Of a stretch of DNA of 64,000 nt, positions 53,001 through 64,000 are shown one piece after another. The notes beneath the pieces are model-generated. The model did no database searches and was not told where the DNA came from. It saw nothing but the letters and a program-made list of their open reading frames with translations. The position numbers and the translations under genes were made by a program. The number at the start of each line of letters is the position of its first letter. The first letter of the stretch is position 1. Source of the DNA: the human T2T-CHM13v2.0 reference genome, Homo sapiens; NCBI RefSeq assembly GCF_009914755.1, contig NC_060947.1; one strand, written 5' to 3'.

Positions 53001-56000
53001 CTGAGAGTGCTACCGTCTGGTTTTTATATGATGCTCTTTCCTTCACTACCACAGGCCTCAAAGCGGTCCAAATCTCCACTTGCAGATTCTACAAAAAGAG
53101 TGTTTGCAAACTGCTCTATCAAAAGGAATGTTCAACTCTGGGAGTTGAATGCAATCATCACAGAGCAGTTTCTGAGAATGCTTCTATGTCGTTTTTAGGA
53201 GAAGATATTTCCTTTTCCAACACAGTCCTCCAAGCCCGCTAAATAGCCACTTGCACATTGTAGAAAAAGTGTGTCAAAGCTGCGCTATCAAAGGGAAAGT
53301 TCAACTCTGTGAGGTGAATGCAAACATCCCAAAGAAGTTTCTGAGAATGCTTCCGTTTAGCTTTTAGGTGAAGATTATCCCGTTTCCAACGAAACCTTCA
53401 AAGAGGTCCAAATATCCCCTTGCGGATCCCACAGAAAGAGTGTTTCGAAACTGCTGTTTCAAAAGGAATCTTCAACTCTGTGAGTTGAATGCAATCATCA
53501 CAAAGAAGTTTCTGACAATGCTTCTCTCTCGTCTTTCTGTGAAGATAAAGGAAAAGGCTTTCAGGCCTTTTCCACCACAGGCCTGAAAGCGCTCCAAATG
53601 TCCACTTGCAGATTCTGCGAAAAGAATATTTCAAAACTGCTCTATGAAAAGCAATGTTAAACTCTGTGGCTCGAACACAAACATCACAAAGCGGTTTCTG
53701 AGAATGCTTCAGTTTAGTTTTTCTGTGGAAATATTCCCGTTTCCAAAGAAATCTTCAAAGAGGTCCACGTATCCACTTACAGATTCTACAAAAAGACAGT
53801 TTCAAAACTGCTCCATCAAAAGGAGGGTTCAACTGTGTGACTTGAATGCAATCATCACTCAGAAGTTTCTGAGAATGCTTCTCTTTAGTTTTTACGTGAA
53901 CATATACCCGTTTCGAACGAAGGCCACCCAGTGGTCCAAATATCCACTTGCAGATTCTACAGAAAGAGTGTTTCGAACCTGAACTCTCAAAGGCAGGTTC
54001 ATCTCTGCGAGTTAAATGCATTCATCATGAAGAACTTTCTCAGAGTGTTTGTGTTTAGTTATGGGAAATTATTCCCGTTTCCAACGAAATCCTCAGAGAG
54101 GTCCAAATATCCACCTGCAGATTCTACCAAAAGTGTATTTGGAAACTGCTCCATCAAAAGGCATGTTCAGCTCTGTGAGTGAAACTCCATCATCACAAAG
54201 AATATTCTGAGAATGCTTCCGTTTGCCTTTTATATGAAGTTCCTTCCTATACGACCGTAGGCCTCAAAGCAGTCCAAATCTCCATTTGCAGATTCTACAA
54301 AAAGAGTGATTCCAATCTGCTCTATCAATAGGATTGTTCAACTCCATGAGTTGAATGCCATCCTCACAAAGTAGTTTCTGAGAATGCTTCTATCTAGTTT
54401 TTATGTGAAGATATTTCCTTTTCCACCACAGGCCTCAAAGCCCTCCAAACGTCCACTTGCAGATTCTCGAAAAAGAGTGTTTCATAGCTGCTCTTTCAAA
54501 AGGAAAGTTCAACTCTGGGAGTTGAATACAAACATCACAAAGTAGTTTCCGAGAATGCTTCTGTTTAGTTTTTATGTGAAGATGATCCCGTTTCCAGTGA
54601 AATCTTCAAAGAGGTCCACATATCCCCTTGCAGATTCCAAAGAAAGAGGGTTTCAAAACTGCTCCATCAGAAGGATTGTTCAACTCTGTGAGTTGAATGC
54701 AGTCATCGCAGAAAACTTTCTGAGAATGCTTCTGTCTAGGTTTGATGTGAAGATATAGACGTTTCAAACGAAGGCTACAAAGTGGTCAAAATATACACTT
54801 GCAGATTCTACTACAAGGGTGTTGCAAACCTGAACTATCAAAGGAAGGTTCAACTCTGTGAGTTGAATACAAACATCACAAAGAATGTTCTGAGTTTGCT
54901 TCCGTTCAGTTATGGGAAGTTGATCCCGTTTCCAACCAAATCCTCAGAGAGGTCCAAATATCCCCTTGCAGATTCTACAAAACGTGTGTTTGGAAACTGC
55001 TCCATCATAACGAATGTTCAGCTCCCTGAGTTAAACTCCATCGTCACAAAGAATTTTCTGAGAGTGCTACCGTCTGGTTTTTATATGAAGCTCTTTCCTT
55101 CACTACCACAGGCCTCAAAGCGGTCCAAATCTCCACTTGCAGATTCTACAAAAAGAGTGTTTGCAAACTGCTCTATCAAAAGGAATGTTCAACTCTGGGA
55201 GTTGAATGCAGTCATCACAGAGCAGTTTCTGAGAATGCTTCTATGTCGTTTTTAGGAGAAGATATTTCCTTTTCCAACACAGTCCTCCAAGCCCGCTAAA
55301 TAGCCACTTGCACATTGTAGAAAAAGTGTGTCAAAGCTGCGCTATCAAAGGGAAAGTTCAACTCTGTGAGGTGAATGCAAACATCCCAAAGAAGTTTCTG
55401 AGAATGCTTCCGTTTAGCTTTTAGGTGAAGATTATCCCGTTTCCAACGAAACCTTCAAAGAGGTCCAAATATCCCCTTGCGGATCCCACAGAAAGAGTGT
55501 TTCGAAACTGCTGTTTCAAAAGGAATCTTCAACTCTGTGAGTTGAATGCAATCATCACAAAGAAGTTTCTGACAATGCTTCTCTCTCGTCTTTCTGTGAA
55601 GGTAAAGGAAAAGGCTTTCAGGCCTTTTCCACCACAGGCCTGAAAGCGCTCCAAATGTCCACTTGCAGATTCTGCCAAAAGAATATTTCAAAACTGCTCT
55701 ATGAAAAGCAATGTTAAACTCTGTGGCTCGAACACAAACATCACAAAGCGGTTTCTGAGAATGCTTCAGTTTAGTTTTTCTGTGGAAATATTCCCGTTTC
55801 CAAAGAAATCTTCAAAGAGGTCCACGTATCCACTTACAGATTCTACAAAAAGACAGTTTCAAAACTGCTCCATCAAAAGGAGGGTTCAACTGTGTGACTT
55901 GAATGCAATCATCACTCAGAAGTTTCTGAGAATGCTTCTCTTTAGTTTTTACGTGAACATATACCCGTTTCGAACGAAGGCCAGCCAGTGGTCCAAATAT

Positions 56001-59000
56001 CCACTTGCAGATTCTACAGAAAGAGTGTTTCGAACCTGAACTCTCAAAGGCAGGTTCATCTCTGCGAGTTAAATGCATTCATCATGAAGAACTTTCTCAG
56101 AGTGTTTGTGTTTAGTTATGGGAAATTATTCCCGTTTCCAACGAAATCCTCAGAGAGCTCCAAATATCCACCTGCAGATTCTACCAAAAGTGTATTTGGA
56201 AACTGCTCCATCAAAAGGCATGTTCAGCTCTGTGAGTGAAACTCCATCATCACAAAGAATATTCTGAGAATGCTTCCGTTTGCCTTTTATATGAAGTTCC
56301 TTCCTATACGACCGTAGGCCTCAAAGCAGTCCAAATCTCCATTTGCAGATTCTACAAAAAGAGTGATTCCAATCTGCTCTATCAATAGGATTGTTCAACT
56401 CCATGAGTTGAATGCCATCCTCACAAAGTAGTTTCTGAGAATGCTTCTATCTAGTTTTTATGTGAAGATATTTCCTTTTCCACCACAGGCCTCAAAGCCC
56501 TCCAAACGTCCACTTGCAGATTCTCGAAAAAGAGTGTTTCATAGCTGCTCTTTCAAAAGGAAAGTTCAACTCTGGGAGTTGAATACAAACATCACAAAGT
56601 AGTTTCCGAGAATGCTTCTGTTTAGTTTTTATGTGAAGATGATCCCGTTTCCAGTGAAATCTTCAAAGAGGTCCACATATCCCCTTGCAGATTCCAAAGA
56701 AAGAGGGTTTCAAAACTGCTCCATCAGAAGGATTGTTCAACTCTGTGAGTTGAATGCAGTCATCGCAGAAAACTTTCTGAGAATGCTTCTGTCTAGGTTT
56801 GATGTGAAGATATAGACGTTTCAAACGAAGGCTACAAAGTGGTCAAAATATACACTTGCAGATTCTACTACAAGGGTGTTGCAAACCTGAACTATCAATG
56901 GAAGGTTCAACTCTGTGAGTTGAATACAAACATCACAAAGAATGTTCTGAGTTTGCTTCCGTTCAGTTATGGGAAGTTGATCCCGTTTCCAACCAAATCC
57001 TCAGAGAGGTCCAAATATCCCCTTGCAGATTCTACAAAACGTGTGTTTGGAAACTGCTCCATCATAACGAATGTTCAGCTCCCTGAGTTAAACTCCATCG
57101 TCACAAAGAATTTTCTGAGAGTGCTACCGTCTGGTTTTTATATGAAGCTCTTTCCTTCACTACCACAGACCTCAAAGCGGTCCAAATCTCCACCTCCAGA
57201 TTCTACAAAAAGAGTGTTTGCAAACTGCTCTATCAAAAGGAATGTTCAACTCTGGGAGTTGAATGCAATCATCACAGAGCAGTTTCTGAGAATGCTTCTA
57301 TGTCGTTTTTAGGAGAAGATATTTCCTTTTCCAACACAGTCCTCCAAGCCCGCTAAATAGCCACTTGCACATTGTAGAAAAAGTGTGTCAAAGCTGCGCT
57401 ATCAAAGGGAAAGTTCAACTCTGTGAGGTGAATGCAAACATCCCAAAGAAGTTTCTGAGAATGCTTCCGTTTAGCTTTTAGGTGAAGATTATCCCGTTTC
57501 CAACGAAACCTTCAAAGAGGTCCAAATATCCCCTTGCGGATCCCACAGAAAGAGTGTTTCGAAACTGCTGTTTCAAAAGGAATCTTCAACTCTGTGAGTT
57601 GAATGCAATCATCACAAAGAAGTTTCTGACAATGCTTCTCTCTCGTCTTTCTGTGAAGATAAAGGAAAAGGCTTTCAGGCCTTTTCCACCACAGGCCTGA
57701 AAGCGCTCCAAATGTCCACTTGCAGATTCTGCCAAAAGAATATTTCAAAACTGCTCTATGAAAAGCAATGTTAAACTCTGTGGCTCGAACACAAACATCA
57801 CAAAGCGGTTTCTGAGAATGCTTCAGTTTAGTTTTTCTGTGGAAATATTCCCGTTTCCAAAGAAATCTTCAAAGAGGTCCACTTATCCACTTACAGATTC
57901 TACAAAAAGACAGTTTCAAAACTGCTCCATCAAAAGGAGGGTTCAACTGTGTGACTTGAATGCAATCATCACTCACAAGTTTCTGAGAATGCTTCTCTTT
58001 AGTTTTTACGTGAACATATACCCGTTTCGAACGAAGGCCACCCAGTGGTCCAAATATCCACTTGCAGATTCTACAGAAAGAGTGTTTCGAACCTGAACTC
58101 TCAAAGGCAGGTTCATCTCTGCGAGTTAAATGCATTCATCATGAAGAACTTTCTCAGAGTGTTTGTGTTTAGTTATGGGAAATTATTCCCGTTTCCAACG
58201 AAATCCTCAGAGAGCTCCAAATATCCACCTGCAGATTCTACCAAAAGTGTATTTGGAAACTGCTCCATCAAAAGGCATGTTCAGCTCTGTGAGTGAAACT
58301 CCATCATCACAAAGAATATTCTGAGAATGCTTCCGTTTGCCTTTTATATGAAGTTCCTTCCTATACGACCGTAGGCCTCAAAGCAGTCCAAATCTCCATT
58401 TGCAGATTCTACAAAAAGAGTGATTCCAATCTGCTCTATCAATAGGATTGTTCAACTCCATGAGTTGAATGCCATCCTCACAAAGTAGTTTCTGAGAATG
58501 CTTCTATCTAGTTTTTATGTGAAGATATTTCCTTTTCCACCACAGGCCTCAAAGCCCTCCAAACGTCCACTTGCAGATTCTCGAAAAAGAGTGTTTCATA
58601 GCTGCTCTTTCAAAAGGAAAGTTCAACTCTGGGAGTTGAATACAAACATCACAAAGTAGTTTCCGAGAATGCTTCTGTTTAGTTTTTATGTGAAGATGAT
58701 CCCGTTTCCAGTGAAATCTTCAAAGAGGTCCACATATCCCCTTGCAGATTCCAAAGAAAGAGGGTTTCAAAACTGCTCCATCAGAAGGATTGTTCAACTC
58801 TGTGAGTTGAATGCAGTCATCGCAGAAAACTTTCTGAGAATGCTTCTGTCTAGGTTTGATGTGAAGATATAGACGTTTCAAACGAAGGCTACAAAGTGGT
58901 CAAAATATACACTTGCAGATTCTACTACAAGGGTGTTGCAAACCTGAACTATCAAAGGAAGGTTCAACTCTGTGAGTTGAATACAAACATCACAAAGAAT

Positions 59001-62000
59001 GTTCTGAGTTTGCTTCTGTTCAGTTATGGGATGTTGATCCCGTTTCCAACGAAATCCTCAGAGAGGTCCAAATATCCCCTTGCAGATTCTACAAAACGTG
59101 TGTTTGGAAACTGCTCCATCATAACGAATGTTCAGCTCCCTGAGTTAAACTCCATCGTCACAAAGAATTTTCTGAGAGTGCTACCGTCTGGTTTTTATAT
59201 GAAGCTCTTTCCTTCACTACCACAGACCTCAAAGCGGTCCAAATCTCCACTTGCAGATTCTACAAAAAGAGTGTTTGCAAACTGCTCTATCAAAAGGAAT
59301 GTTCAACTCTGGGAGTTGAATGCAATCATCACAGAGCAGTTTCTGAGAATGCTTCTATGTCGTTTTTAGGAGAAGATATTTCCTTTTCCAACACAGTCCT
59401 CCAAGCCCGCTAAATAGCCACTTGCACATTGTAGAAAAAGTGTGTCAAAGCTGCGCTATCAAAGGGAAAGTTCAACTCTGTGAGGTGAATGCAAACATCC
59501 CAAAGAAGTTTCTGAGAATGCTTCCGTTTAGCTTTTAGGTGAAGATTATCCCGTTTCCAATGAAACCTTCAAAGAGGTCCAAATATCCCCTTGCGGATCC
59601 CACAGAAAGAGTGTTTCGAAACTGCTGTTTCAAAAGGAATCTTCAACTCTGTGAGTTGAATGCAATCATCACAAAGAAGTTTCTGACAATGCTTCTCTCT
59701 CGTCTTTCTGTGAAGATAAAGGAAAAGGCTTTCAGGCCTTTTCCACCACAGGCCTGAAAGCGCTCCAAATGTCCACTTGCAGATTCTGCCAAAAGAATAT
59801 TTCAAAACTGCTCTATGAAAAGCAATGTTAAACTCTGTGGCTCGAACACAAACATCACAAAGCAGTTTCTGAGAATGCTTCAGTTTAGTTTTTCTGTGGA
59901 AATATTCCCGTTTCCAAAGAAATCTTCAAAGAGGTCCACGTATCCACTTACAGATTCTACAAAAAGACAGTTTCAAAACTGCTCCATCAAAAGGAGGGTT
60001 CAACTGTGTGACTTGAATGCAATCATCACTCACAAGTTTCTGAGAATGCTTCTCTTTAGTTTTTACGTGAACATATACCCGTTTCGAACGAAGGCCAGCC
60101 AGTGGTCCAAATATCCACTTGCAGATTCTACAGAAAGAGTGTTTCGAACCTGAACTCTCAAAGGCAGGTTCATCTCTGCGAGTTAAATGCATTCATCATG
60201 AAGAAGTTTCTCAGAGTGTTTGTGTTTAGTTATGGGAAATTATTCCCGTTTCCAACGAAATCCTCAGAGAGCTCCAAATATCCACCTGCAGATTCTACCA
60301 AAAGTGTATTTGGAAACTGCTCCATCAAAAGGCATGTTCAGCACTGTGAGTGAAACTCCATCATCACAAAGAATATTCTGAGAATGCTTCCGTTTGCCTT
60401 TTATATGAAGTTCCTTCCTATACGACCGTAGGCCTCAAAGCAGTCCAAATCTCCATTTGCAGATTCTACAAAAAGAGTGATTCCAATCTGCTCTATCAAT
60501 AGGATTGTTCAACTCCATGAGTTGAATGCCATCCTCACAAAGTAGTTTCTGAGAATGCTTCTATCTAGTTTTATGTGAAGATATTTCCTTTTCCACCACA
60601 GGCCTCAAAGCCCTCCAAACGTCCACTTGCAGATTCTCGAAAAAGAGTGTTTCATAGCTGCTCTTTCAAAAGGAAAGTTCAACTCTGGGAGTTGAATACA
60701 AACATCACAAAGTAGTTTCCGAGAATGCTTCTGTTTAGTTTTTATGTGAAGATGATCCCGTTTCCAGTGAAATCTTCAAAGAGGTCCACATATCCCCTTG
60801 CAGATTCCAAAGAAAGAGGGTTTCAAAACTGCTCCATCAGAAGGATTGTTCAACTCTGTGAGTTGAATGCAGTCATCGCAGAAAACTTTCTGAGAATGCT
60901 TCTGTCTAGGTTTGATGTGAAGATATAGACGTTTCAAACGAAGGCTACAAAGTGGTCAAAATATACACTTGCAGATTCTACTACAAGGGTGTTGCAAACC
61001 TGAACTATCAAAGGAAGGTTCAACTCTGTGAGTTGAATACAAACATCAAAAAGAATGTTCTGAGTTTGCTTCCGTTCAGTTATGGGATGTTGACCCGTTT
61101 CCAACGAAATCCTCAGAGAGGTCCAAATATCCCCTTGCAGATTCTACAAAACGTGTGTTTGGAAACTGCTCCATCATAACGAATGTTCAGCTCCCTGAGT
61201 TAAACTCCATCGTCACAAAGAATTTTCTGAGAGTGCTACCGTCTGGTTTTTATATGAAGCTCTTTCCTTCACTACCACAGGCCTCAAAGCGGTCCAAATC
61301 TCCACTTGCAGATTCTACAAAAAGAGTGTTTGCAAACTGCTCTATCAAAAGGAATGTTCAACTCTGGGAGTTGAATGCAATCATCACAGAGCAGTTTCTG
61401 AGAATGCTTCTATGTCGTTTTTAGGAGAAGATATTTCCTTTTCCAACACAGTCCTCCAAGCCCGCTAAATAGCCACTTGCACATTGTAGAAAACGTGTGT
61501 CAAAGCTGCGCTATCAAAGGGAAAGTTCAACTCTGTGAGGTGAATGCAAACATCCCAAAGAAGTTTCTGAGAATGCTTCCGTTTAGCTTTTAGGTGAAGA
61601 TTATCCCGTTTCCAACGAAACCTTCAAAGAGGTCCAAATATCCCCTTGCGGATCCCACAGAAAGAGTGTTTCGAAACTGCTGTTTCAAAAGGAATCTTCA
61701 ACTCTGTGAGTTGAATGCAATCATCACAAAGAAGTTTCTGACAATGCTTCTCTCTCGTCTTTCTGTGAAGATAAAGGAAAAGGCTTTCAGGCCTTTTCCA
61801 CCACAGGCCTGAAAGCGCTCCAAATGTCCACTTGCAGATTCTGCCAAAAGAATATTTCAAAACTGCTCTATGAAAAGCAATGTTAAACTCTGTGGCTCGA
61901 ACACAAACATCACAAAGCGGTTTCTGAGAATGCTTCAGTTTAGTTTTTCTGTGGAAATATTCCCGTTTCCAAAGAAATCTTCAAAGAGGTCCACGTATCC

Positions 62001-64000
62001 ACTTACAGATTCTACAAAAAGACAGTTTCAAAACTGCTCCATCAAAAGGAGGGTTCAACTGTGTGACTTGAATGCAATCATCACTCAGAAGTTTCTGAGA
62101 ATGCTTCTCTTTAGTTTTTACGTGAACATATACCCGTTTCGAACGAAGGCCACCCAGTGGTCCAAATATCCACTTGCAGATTCTACAGAAAGAGTGTTTC
62201 GAACCTGAACTCTCAAAGGCAGGTTCATCTCTGCGAGTTAAATGCATTCATCATGAAGAACTTTCTCAGAGTGTTTGTGTTTAGTTATGGGAAATTATTC
62301 CCGTTTCCAACGAAATCCTCAGAGAGCTCCAAATATCCACCTGCAGATTCTACCAAAAGTGTATTTGGAAACTGCTCCATCAAAAGGCATGTTCAGCTCT
62401 GTGAGTGAAACTCCATCATCACAAAGAATATTCTGAGAATGCTTCCGTTTGCCTTTTATATGAAGTTCCTTCCTATACGACCGTAGGCCTCAAAGCAGTC
62501 CAAATCTCCATTTGCAGATTCTACAAAAAGAGTGATTCCAATCTGCTCTATCAATAGGATTGTTCAACTCCATGAGTTGAATGCCATCCTCACAAAGTAG
62601 TTTCTGAGAATGCTTCTATCTAGTTTTTATGTGAAGATATTTCCTTTTCCACCACAGGCCTCAAAGCCCTCCAAACGTCCACTTGCAGATTCTCGAAAAA
62701 GAGTGTTTCATAGCTGCTCTTTCAAAAGGAAAGTTCAACTCTGGGAGTTGAATACAAACATCACAAAGTAGTTTCCGAGAATGCTTCTGTTTAGTTTTTA
62801 TGTGAAGATGATCCCGTTTCCAGTGAAATCTTCAAAGAGGTCCACATATCCCCTTGCAGATTCCAAAGAAAGAGGGTTTCAAAACTGCTCCATCAGAAGG
62901 ATTGTTCAACTCTGTGAGTTGAATGCAGTCATCGCAGAAAACTTTCTGAGAATGCTTCTGTCTAGGTTTGATGTGAAGATATAGACGTTTCAAACGAAGG
63001 CTACAAAGTGGTCAAAATATACACTTGCAGATTCTACTACAAGGGTGTTGCAAACCTGAACTATCAAAGGAAGGTTCAACTCTGTGAGTTGAATACAAAC
63101 ATCACAAAGAATGTTCTGAGTTTGCTTCCGTTCAGTTATGGGAAGTTGATCCCGTTTCCAACGAAATCCTCAGAGAGGTCCAAATATCCCCTTGCAGATT
63201 CTACAAAACGTGTGTTTGGAAACTGCTCCATCATAACGAATGTTCAGCTCCCTGAGTTAAACTCCATCGTCACAAAGAATTTTCTGAGAGTGCTACCGTC
63301 TGGTTTTTATATGAAGCTCTTTCCTTCACTACCACAGGCCTCAAAGCGGTCCAAATCTCCACTTGCAGATTCTACAAAAAGAGTGTTTGCAAACTGCTCT
63401 ATCAAAAGGAATGTTCAACTCTGGGAGTTGAATGCAATCATCACAGAGCAGTTTCTGAGAATGCTTCTATGTCGTTTTTAGGAGAAGATATTTCCTTTTC
63501 CAACACAGTCCTCCAAGCCCGCTAAATAGCCACTTGCACATTGTAGAAAAAGTGTGTCAAAGCTGCGCTATCAAAGGGAAAGTTCAACTCTGTGAGGTGA
63601 ATGCAAACATCCCAAAGAAGTTTCTGAGAATGCTTCCGTTTAGCTTTTAGGTGAAGATTATCCCGTTTCCAACGAAACCTTCAAAGAGGTCCAAATATCC
63701 CCTTGCGGATCCCACAGAAAGAGTGTTTCGAAACTGCTGTTTCAAAAGGAATCTTCAACTCTGTGAGTTGAATGCAATCATCACAAAGAAGTTTCTGACA
63801 ATGCTTCTCTCTCGTCTTTCTGTGAAGATAAAGGAAAAGGCTTTCAGGCCTTTTCCACCACAGGCCTGAAAGCGCTCCAAATGTCCACTTGCAGATTCTG
63901 CCAAAAGAATATTTCAAAACTGCTCTATGAAAAGCAATGTTAAACTCTGTGGCTCGAACACAAACATCACAAAGCGGTTTCTGAGAATGCTTCAGTTTAG

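Larger units (their letters stand above)
25399..64000 (-). repeat. DXZ1: Alpha-satellite HOR array, 2057-bp 12-mer (DXZ1-type), right of the L1 (about 18.8 HORs)
   Basis: Same HOR resumes in register after the TSD. Homologous ORFs at 17378 and 25508 differ by 8130 = 2057 + 6057 (L1) + 16 (TSD). BamHI sites run from 26683 to 63707. Confidence 0.96.

Overview
Human centromeric DNA. About 28 tandem copies of a 2057-bp, 12-monomer alpha-satellite higher-order repeat (HOR) fill the window. Each has one BamHI site and a pentameric substructure, which fits DXZ1, the X-chromosome active array. One full-length LINE-1 interrupts the array at 19342-25398 (+). It is L1HS Ta-1d, with a 16-bp target-site duplication (TSD), a pure poly(A) tail and a short extra 5' sequence. 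ORF0 and ORF1 are open, but ORF1 carries R210I and ORF2 is broken by a single nonsense codon (E528*). The short ORFs recurring every 2057 bp are satellite artefacts. I found no new protein-coding system, and I recall that an L1HS insertion in DXZ1 was already reported in the telomere-to-telomere X assembly. The less obvious signals are a fold-back (inverted-copy) insertion in one monomer of every HOR, a 4114-bp two-HOR super-period at about 40.7-55.5 kb, a HOR-haplotype switch and indel cluster next to the L1, propagated CENP-B box losses, and conversion-like SNP tracts. All comparisons were made by eye, and L1 consensus comparisons are from memory.
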